64,000 bases of DNA from Diplonema japonicum (lineage: Eukaryota > Protista > Euglenozoa: Diplonemea): assembly GCA_964019335.1 (NCBI GenBank), contig OZ025653.1, positions 372,001-436,000 of the forward strand. The letters are read 5' to 3'. Position numbers and translations under genes: made by a program. Every line of letters starts with the position of its first letter. Positions within the stretch are counted from its first letter, which is position 1. This document shows, in pieces, positions 56,580 through 64,000 of the stretch. Under the pieces are notes generated by a model, which made no database searches, was not told the origin of the DNA, and saw nothing but the letters and a program-made list of their open reading frames with translations.

Positions 56580-57390
56580 CTAGGAAATGGTGAGCACACA
56601 CAGTATCACTAAAACCACCACGAGAAGGGCAATACAGGCGTACTGTCGCTTCGTGCTCATCTGTGAGTGTGTTATTTTTTCTTTTTTTTCATCCAAATCT
56701 CCTACCTTCTCAACAATTTTGTCGACTTTTTTGTTCGTTTGCCGCATCCTGTCTGTGACTGCCTCAACCTTTCCTGTCAATTTATCGAGCAAGGTGTCCT
56801 GGGTTTTAATCTCTTCGTTGATGGCCCCGCTGACTTCCTTCACACGGACAACAGCGTGGCTGAGTTGCTGTTGTGTGTTAACGTTTTCAATTTTTTTGTA
56901 TTCATACCTCCAGTTCCTCGTTCTGCCGCATCATTGCGTCGTCTTGCTCCATCAGAAGCTGTTCCACCTCGTCCCCGCCCTCAGGTGCCAAGCTGTCCTT
57001 CATGCTGTCGATGTTCTGGCTCTGTTTTTGCCTCGGCAAGGTTTCCTTCAATTTATTCAGCATCTCCGTTGCGGATTTTACAAATCTACACCTTGCAGCA
57101 TACTCCTCCTCCGTGAGTTTGAATCGCTCTAGGTTCCCGCTTATTATCTCCACCGTCTGTGACAGGTCCTCCAGGTCCTCCTCGATGACTGACAGATTCC
57201 TCTTTAGCTCTCTTCGCTGCCTTCCGTAATCGCTATTGTCCTTATTATTATTATTATTATTTTTTTTTCTTTCCCCGAAAGGGGGGAGGGGGGAAAATAC
57301 CTCGCCTATCGCCTTCAGTCTATTCAGACTGCCACTTGCATTTTCCAGTTGAACTTCAAGTTCGTTTTTCGCACTGTAATACGGATCCAT
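56580..57390 (-). CDS. Syntaxin-6/Tlg1-like Qc-SNARE, 4 exons
   Basis: DPYY...DLEDL..TV...N..RF.L...E...R Syntaxin-6 N-domain, SNARE motif and C-terminal TM; introns at 57241-57300, 56868-56907 and 56661-56705. Confidence 0.88.
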
Positions 57391-57646
57391 TTCTTTTCTC
57401 CTCTCTTTCTTTTTTTTTTTTCGTCTTCTTTTTTAGTGTGTGTTGTGTCTAAAGGAGAAAATACCAGTTGCACCGACCAACAAAAAGAGGAAAAAAGAAA
57501 ACTCCATCAGCACCCCCCTCCCCTTTATGACCGATCGGCATCTTCACTTTTTCTTTTCTTGTCACCGTGTAGAGAAAGGGGAGGGGGGGGGGGGAGACGG
57601 CACTGTTTAAACACCAAACATTGTCAGGTTGGTGGGCTCCCATTTC

Positions 57647-58367
57647 CTATTCTTCTTTCATTCCTTCCTTGAAAATAGTGGCCCTCATAGTCACCGAGAT
57701 CCGCAGCTCCGTGACCGGGATGACCCCATGGTAAAAGGGCCAATTTCTCATTTCGGACTGCATCATGAAACACATCCCGGGGAACTCTGTGGGTTCAATT
57801 TCAGGCGCAACCTGGTCCATGGTGAGGGAGGACCCTGGCTTGGAATCATTTCTGCAGGATTCATATTTTTTTTTAATTTTTTTTTTTTCTTTCGTACCTT
57901 TGCCAAAAGATTCCTTTCTTTGTTACATCAGGTTTGATGACCACACCGAAAACAGAATCTCCAAAGTAGAAGCACCGTTTGGGGTCTTCTGCACGATCGT
58001 AATGCGGGACGATGCTGTCACTTGTGTGGTAAATAGTGATTATAATATTGTCAAGATCTTCAGGTTTTGTAAGATGCCCTCTCTTCGAGTCGACTGACTG
58101 TTCGTTGAACAAATTGAAAACCTCTGTCCTCAGGGCATGTACCTCTTCGGGTATGCCGTTCCACCTCTTCTCGCCCTCTTCCAGTTTTGCAAAGTCCCAT
58201 CCGTAGTTTATTGTGTTCCTCCCGGGTCTTTCCCCCGCAGTGTCGCTCTCCTCCCACCGCTTCGAGCTGTCCTTCACTTTCTCCACCAGCGTTGCCACGT
58301 TTTTTATCGTGTTTTCTTCGATCCTTCCAACGAATAACCCTCTTTTATCTACTTCCTCAGCTGGCAT
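57647..58367 (-). CDS. AlkB-like 2OG-Fe(II) dioxygenase, 2 exons
   Basis: HxD (PHYD), HGV and RISVTMR motifs appear once intron 57852-57897 is removed. Confidence 0.85.
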
Positions 58368-58926
58368 TTTTCTTTGTTTTTTTTTGTTGCTCGTCCCTGT
58401 ATCATTTGAGGGGGTATAAAAAAAAGGGCAGAAAAAAAAAGGGAAAAAAAAAAGGACCCTTTCTTCTTAGATTTCACCTTGAGATCGCTCTGTTTTACAA
58501 AAGGAGGCGGGAAACCCAAGAAAAAAAAAAAAAAAAAAAAAGAGAGAGAGAAGAAAGAAAGAAGAAGAAACCTCTCAGATATCTGCACGGAGAAGAAAGA
58601 AAGGGTAAAAATACGTAGATTTTCACACATACGAGTAGTCAAGATCACGCAGGAAAAGAAACAAAGAAAAAAGAAGAAGAAGAATATGTGAAGACGGAAA
58701 AAGCACTCTGTCACCACTCCCTCTTTAAAGCTCAAGAGTAAAAATACACACGAAAAGTAATGGAGAGAAAAAAATAGGAAAGAAACAGACTGAAAGCCTC
58801 TCTTTCTCACTCTCTCTTTGCAACGTTTACAAGCCACAAATGAGCGTTAGAAGGACGGAAAAGGTGACACGTAATTATAATAAAAAAAAAATCTTTTTTT
58901 TTCTTTTGTAAATATTCTTCTTCAAA

Positions 58927-60210
58927 TCACGCAGCGACACCGAAACCGCTGACTGCGGCGCCCTGCGAGGTGAGGAACTCAGGCTGGAAGGCATTGACCT
59001 GGTACTTCCCAGCAGACATGTCGTAGGTAGCAATGGCCCACTTGTGCTCATCAGGACCGACCTCAATGACCAGAGCACCATAGGTAGTGCCAGCTTGGCC
59101 TGCTGCAACGTATCCCAAGGTACCGATCTTGTTGGAAGCAGGGGCATGCGCGTTGGGCAGCGCAGCCAGCACAGTGGAGGTACCGTTGAGGGACCACCTC
59201 ACCATCTGGAACGAATGGTCGCCCTTTGCAGCGGGTGCCAAAGAGATAAAATCGTTGGAGTTCTGAATCCTAGTGAATGTGTAGTAGAACTGCGAGTTGG
59301 CAGCGTTCGCAACATTAGCCCACTTCGCTGTGGATGGCAGCGGCCCAGTCAGATTGAACGACCCGAGCCCAGGGTTGCTCCCGGTCGTAACCGTCTGGAA
59401 GCCCAGCCTCTGTACTGTCGTCCCATCCAAAGCAATGCCGCTGATGTACCCCGCGTAGTATGCAGCACTGGCCTCCCCCGACCCCCTCACGATGCTCCCC
59501 GCAACCACCGTCGCACCCGTGTCGACGTTAACAGAATGGAAGGTAAAGGTCTCGCCCTTCAGGATGGAGAACACGAACTTGTCGCTCTCCAGGTGGTACG
59601 CAAACCCGACAGGGTACCCATTCACCTTTAAGGTCTTCGCTGTGGAGGACCCGGTGGCGGGGTTGATGCTGTACAGCGTGACACCACCGTCAGCTTTCCC
59701 ATCCACAAAGTGGAAAAGCGACCTCTTACCGTCGAAGGAAAAGGTCCTCGTTGACTCACCGTAGAGGGAGGTGTACCATGTGGCGGCAGGGCCGGTAACT
59801 TCCTTTTTGGTGATGTGGCCTGAAGCAGCGATGGTGAGTGATTCAAGGTGGTTGCTCAGACCAGCAGTGAAAATGGCGAACATGTCGCCAGAGGCTGTGA
59901 AGGGAGTGTGGTGGTTCAAGGCAGGGCTTGTTCTCTTCATGGCAAGGGGGTTCCTTGTCTCGATAAGGCGCTGCCATGGCTTGGCAGGGTCGCAGCAGCC
60001 GACGCTGCCCACAGAGCACCCCACCGTCCACTTCGGGCAGCACCTCGCTGGGAAAACCGTACCAGGTGTGTCTTGCACGCAGATCGACTCCGCATTGACA
60101 CAGCACGCGTACCCAGAGTTGTCTTGGCAGCATGTCTCGTCCTGCGTGCAGCCGCAGTCAGCGGAGGCCGCCACCAAAAGGCTCAGCAACACAACAGTCA
60201 TTTTCATCAT
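58927..60210 (-). CDS. Secreted protein with an N-terminal granulin-like Cys-rich domain and a probable beta-propeller
   Basis: Signal peptide; TCC...YACC...C...RCCP...C...CC; beta-strand-rich remainder. Confidence 0.75.
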   Translation of the reverse strand: MMKMTVVLLSLLVAASADCGCTQDETCCQDNSGYACCVNAESICVQDTPGTVFPARCCPKWTVGCSVGSVGCCDPAKPWQRLIETRNPLAMKRTSPALNHHTPFTASGDMFAIFTAGLSNHLESLTIAASGHITKKEVTGPAATWYTSLYGESTRTFSFDGKRSLFHFVDGKADGGVTLYSINPATGSSTAKTLKVNGYPVGFAYHLESDKFVFSILKGETFTFHSVNVDTGATVVAGSIVRGSGEASAAYYAGYISGIALDGTTVQRLGFQTVTTGSNPGLGSFNLTGPLPSTAKWANVANAANSQFYYTFTRIQNSNDFISLAPAAKGDHSFQMVRWSLNGTSTVLAALPNAHAPASNKIGTLGYVAAGQAGTTYGALVIEVGPDEHKWAIATYDMSAGKYQVNAFQPEFLTSQGAAVSGFGVAA

Positions 60211-60765
60211 TTTTTTTAAATAGTTTTTTGTTCGTCTTTAATGCGGTAGGTAGGAAAAAGGAAAAGGGGAGTTTAAAAAAAAAAAGAAAAGAAGAAGAAG
60301 AAAAAAAACCAAGAAGAAGGAGCTTCAGACAGACGGTAGTTAAAAATAGGGAGTGATGGAAATAATTTGGAGAAATACAATAACAAGAACAAAATGTTTT
60401 TTAAGGTGGTCGGAGAATAACTAATATAAAAAAAAGAAGAAAAAAAAAGGCTGCCATGATGAAAAGCAGAAGAAAGAGACGAATAGCAGAAACAGAAGAA
60501 AAACAAAAAAAAGAGTGGAGAGAAGGGTCAAGACACGGTTAATTAAATTGCTTTAAAAAAACAACCCGAGGGGGGGGGGGGGGGATGAAAGGTGGTTAGC
60601 ATTCTTTTTTTTAAAAAAAAAAGAATACACCTCACCTTTGCACAAAGAACGATTCTTTTTTTTTTAAGCCGACCTTTCCCTTTTGAGCAACTCCTTTTCG
60701 GGGGGGGGGGGGGGGGGTAGAAAACATATTAAAACCTGAAATAATAAATTTTTCTTGAGACCTGC

Positions 60766-63700
60766 TTACACAGTGCGGGCTTGCCGGAAAGCTATCTCGT
60801 CGCGGATCAGCCTGTTCATGGTGTTCACACGCCTATCCGTCACCACAGGCTTACGCACTGTTGGGGGTGTGTAATTCAGCAGTTTAAATGCGTTTTGAGG
60901 ACTGTGCTGGGACAGCATCGGCTCGTAGACAGTTGGTGCAACCCGAACGGGCTTTCTCACAGGCGCCTTGAAGCCCTGCTTCGGGGAGGGAATAGGCGCA
61001 CCTGTTAGCTTACAGAACACTACGTTGATATCCTCCAGCTCTTGGACAACCTGCTTGACAGGCGGCCGACTCCTCACAACTGGGATCTTCACAGCAGGGA
61101 CTTTCGGTTGGATTGCTTCTTTTTTTTCCTCGACTTCGCCTACAACAAGCCTCCGCCGGACTACCTTCTGGGGCACGGTTTCCTGTTTCTTCACACGCTG
61201 TGCTTTCAGTTCCCTGACAAGTTCCATGCAAGCAGAGCTTTCCAGGCTTGACCTCCTGATGGTAGGCACTACGTCCAGCACGGCCTCACCTTGCAGCACG
61301 TTGTCGAGGTTGTCCCTTGGTAAGGCCACCTTTGTCGGCAACAGGTTGCTGTCTTTCCTTGTTAAAGACGCGCTTGTTTCAGCCACGCACAATTGTTTCG
61401 TCAAAAACGCGACTTGTTCTTGCAACCCTTTGTTCTTCGTCTCGAGCCCTTGTACAGCCTGCTGCACTGAAGACGGTGACACCCACTCGCTCATCTTCTT
61501 CAACCCCTCAAGTGCATCGTGCTTCATATCATACCCCGTGTCTTCAATATGCGCAGATTTATACCCTGACACCACCATCCCCTGAAGGGCATGTTCCTGC
61601 GACAACAACAGGTCCGTCAGCTTCTGGCGTGCGTCCCGTTTCGCTAGAGACCACTTCTCAACTTCAACTTCAAAGGATTTGACTCTGTTCGCATAGTACA
61701 GGGAACCGGCTGTGTTATTATTGCACTTCCTCAGTAGCACCCTGCTCCCGACGAGGCTTATCTTGCTCTGTGTCTCGCATTGCCGTGCCTTCTCTTCGCT
61801 GCGTACTATGGCCTCAATGGACTTTGCTTGCTCCCCCACTACCGTGCGCACCTTCTCGTACACATCCGACCGCCTCAGGCTACCCTTCGGAGAATTTTCA
61901 AAATCGGCAGAAAGGTTCCCGGAAGTGACCAGATTGCCTGGTATCTGCGGGATTGTGTTATCCAAACCCGGAGAAGGCGCTGAAAATCCGGTGAAGTCGC
62001 TGAGCTTCAGCTGATTGAGTAAGTTCTTGAGGAACTCCTTGACAGATATCGTCTGCGTCCTAACCAGGTGTGGTATACTCTTCATTTCCGCCTTCATCCG
62101 CCGCACCTGCTTTAGAACAGCACGCAAGGCTTTCAAAAATGTCTTTTTACTAGTAGCGGAAGCATCTGTGTGGAGAGCCTCAGGAAACGGGGATTGAGTT
62201 GCGGTCAGAAGTGGCGATATGGCCTCAACCTCTTCTAGATGCGCAGAGAATTCCCACGTAGAAGGGTTAGCGGCGAGGCTATTGATGGCTCGCTGCAGGC
62301 CTGTAGTGCCTGTGACCTTTTTCCCGTTCACACCAAGCAGCTTCATGCCCCTGAGGATGCCCACCTCACTCGCTAAGGACCTCGGCACCACATCTGCCAC
62401 TGTGAAACCCTCGCCGTCGCCCCGCCAGTTGATTCCCAGCTGCTTCGTACCACCTTTAATTTCGAACACCAACGTGCCGACCTTCTTCTCGAGAGGTTTC
62501 TCTTCTTTGATTGCGGGTGACTGCGGTGGTTTAAGCTCCTTCATTGTGTTCTTGATGATGCTCCTGAGTAGCGCAGCACCACCGGGCGGCTCCCCATTCA
62601 AGGAGTCTTCCGGGTTCAAAAGTGAACTTGAAGAAGCTCTGGACGCCGGCTGTTGCTCGTCACGTACTAGCTCCTGAAGGACTTGCTTAAGATTCTCTTC
62701 AGACAGTTCCGAGCAGCTATCGAAGCCCACCCTCGACTGCAGCAGACGACGTAGCACCGCATTCTCCTTGCGTTCTATCTCAAGAGTTTGAGTATCAAAG
62801 GAGGGCTGTAGACACGAAAACCCTGAGTCAAAACTTGATGGCCTCAGAATAGGCGATAAACACCTGCCCTCAGACCCTCGCCGGATTCCAGACCCTTTCC
62901 TACTAGACGACTCGTCATCAGAAGGTGCCGCACTGTAGGCAGGGGACACTGACGCTGACCTGATTTTCTTTGATTTCCTCCTCTTTTTTTGGTCTTTAGA
63001 GGGTGTTACTAGTTGCCGCAAGAGCTTCAGTTCCTTACTTTGTTCATCAACCTTCATTTTGAGCTCGTCGCACTTTATCTCCGTCTTCAGCCGCAAAGCG
63101 TCGGATGTTGTGAGTTCAACATTCGCAACATGTGCCTCTACAGACCGCACTTCGAGCGACTCGGTGAGTTTTTTCACGTGTGCTCGCGTCTCTGTCAATT
63201 CTGTGCGCAACTTCTGGACAGTGACAGCTGGAACAGAGGATTGGTCGGCCTTGTCCTTTAGCCGCTGTGCCCGCACCTTCGACTCTATTTGACGTGTCTC
63301 TTTCTCATCGTGATACTGCTTCTCGGTGTGCAGTAGTTTCTCAGTCAACAGCTCCTTTGCCTCTATAACGTCTCTAAGTTCTCCTTTCGTCTTGCGCACA
63401 GCCGCCTCCAGCTCGCCCACTTTCCTTTTACAAGACTCCACATTTGCATTTGCATTCTGCTGCAGTTCCAGCATCTTGTTCTGCATGCGCTGCTCGCATT
63501 GTGCAAGGTCCGCATTGCGTTGTTTTGTCATTTCCTTCTGCGCCTTCTCCCTTTCTTCTTTGACTTGCTGTAGCAGCTTCTCTCCGTAAACACGTATGTC
63601 CTCGCGTATCGAGTCGTAGAGTTTCACGTACTCCTCACCCTGTGCCACGGCGGCGCGTGTTTGCCTTCTCTCCCCCGTTGCTGTGACTGTGGCCCTGCTC

Positions 63701-64000
63701 AGATTTCGTATCTTCGTTTTACCCATTTCTGCAACATTCTTGATGCACCCTAAGTACTTGTCAGCGAGTGCAGTGTTTCTTTGGTTGGGGTTCTCCTGCA
63801 CACTCTGTGACATGTACATGTCGCACCATTGCTCCATCTGGTGGAGGTCGCTCATGACTTCCTTGCAGCATGCGTTCCAGTCCTTCAGCATCTCGTTGCG
63901 TGCATCGATGGTCTCGGTGAGGGATGCAATCCCCTTCTTGGCGTTGTCAAGTTGGATGGCTTTTTGGTTCTGCGTGCGCCGTAACGCGTCATCCTTGGAC
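60766..64000 (-). CDS. Large coiled-coil protein with a PDZ domain (5' end beyond the window)
   Basis: Frame stays open to position 64000; LGINW...V.DV...SLA...GI..G..L..VNG PDZ pattern. Confidence 0.85.
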   Translation of the reverse strand, partial: SKDDALRRTQNQKAIQLDNAKKGIASLTETIDARNEMLKDWNACCKEVMSDLHQMEQWCDMYMSQSVQENPNQRNTALADKYLGCIKNVAEMGKTKIRNLSRATVTATGERRQTRAAVAQGEEYVKLYDSIREDIRVYGEKLLQQVKEEREKAQKEMTKQRNADLAQCEQRMQNKMLELQQNANANVESCKRKVGELEAAVRKTKGELRDVIEAKELLTEKLLHTEKQYHDEKETRQIESKVRAQRLKDKADQSSVPAVTVQKLRTELTETRAHVKKLTESLEVRSVEAHVANVELTTSDALRLKTEIKCDELKMKVDEQSKELKLLRQLVTPSKDQKKRRKSKKIRSASVSPAYSAAPSDDESSSRKGSGIRRGSEGRCLSPILRPSSFDSGFSCLQPSFDTQTLEIERKENAVLRRLLQSRVGFDSCSELSEENLKQVLQELVRDEQQPASRASSSSLLNPEDSLNGEPPGGAALLRSIIKNTMKELKPPQSPAIKEEKPLEKKVGTLVFEIKGGTKQLGINWRGDGEGFTVADVVPRSLASEVGILRGMKLLGVNGKKVTGTTGLQRAINSLAANPSTWEFSAHLEEVEAISPLLTATQSPFPEALHTDASATSKKTFLKALRAVLKQVRRMKAEMKSIPHLVRTQTISVKEFLKNLLNQLKLSDFTGFSAPSPGLDNTIPQIPGNLVTSGNLSADFENSPKGSLRRSDVYEKVRTVVGEQAKSIEAIVRSEEKARQCETQSKISLVGSRVLLRKCNNNTAGSLYYANRVKSFEVEVEKWSLAKRDARQKLTDLLLSQEHALQGMVVSGYKSAHIEDTGYDMKHDALEGLKKMSEWVSPSSVQQAVQGLETKNKGLQEQVAFLTKQLCVAETSASLTRKDSNLLPTKVALPRDNLDNVLQGEAVLDVVPTIRRSSLESSACMELVRELKAQRVKKQETVPQKVVRRRLVVGEVEEKKEAIQPKVPAVKIPVVRSRPPVKQVVQELEDINVVFCKLTGAPIPSPKQGFKAPVRKPVRVAPTVYEPMLSQHSPQNAFKLLNYTPPTVRKPVVTDRRVNTMNRLIRDEIAFRQARTV

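Overview
Eukaryotic nuclear DNA, most likely a euglenozoan such as a diplonemid. That assignment is inferred from one uninterrupted same-strand gene cluster, numerous cis-introns and a kinetoplastid-like ATP-dependent PEPCK. About 32 protein-coding genes all lie on the minus strand, separated by homopolymer-rich spacers. I reconstructed 25 tiny GT-AG introns of 35-60 nt, which join ORF-track fragments into TRS23, bL9m, an MsrA-like protein, PEPCK, two SNAREs, an AlkB-like protein and others. Other recognisable genes are an inositol polyphosphate kinase, two tandem AzoR azoreductases, a Nudix CoA pyrophosphatase, PIG-A, RPL8, ornithine cyclodeaminase, an MDR oxidoreductase and PP2A B''gamma. 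The main finding is five related non-autonomous DNA elements (3816-~4275, 4599-5332, 5378-6112, 13370-13852, 50673-51389). Three retain different decayed pieces of a Crypton-type tyrosine recombinase ORF. They share an asymmetric end architecture: a terminal hairpin plus a long-range inverted repeat, complete in four of the five. The mismatches are repeatedly tandem 5'-GA/GA pairs and the loops are GNA triloops, so one DNA strand folds preferentially. That fold would splint the two element ends together, suggesting a eukaryotic tyrosine-recombinase transposon acting on folded ssDNA, analogous to integron attC or CTXphi attP. A TA-flanked MITE with an empty site in a paralogous duplicate is also present.
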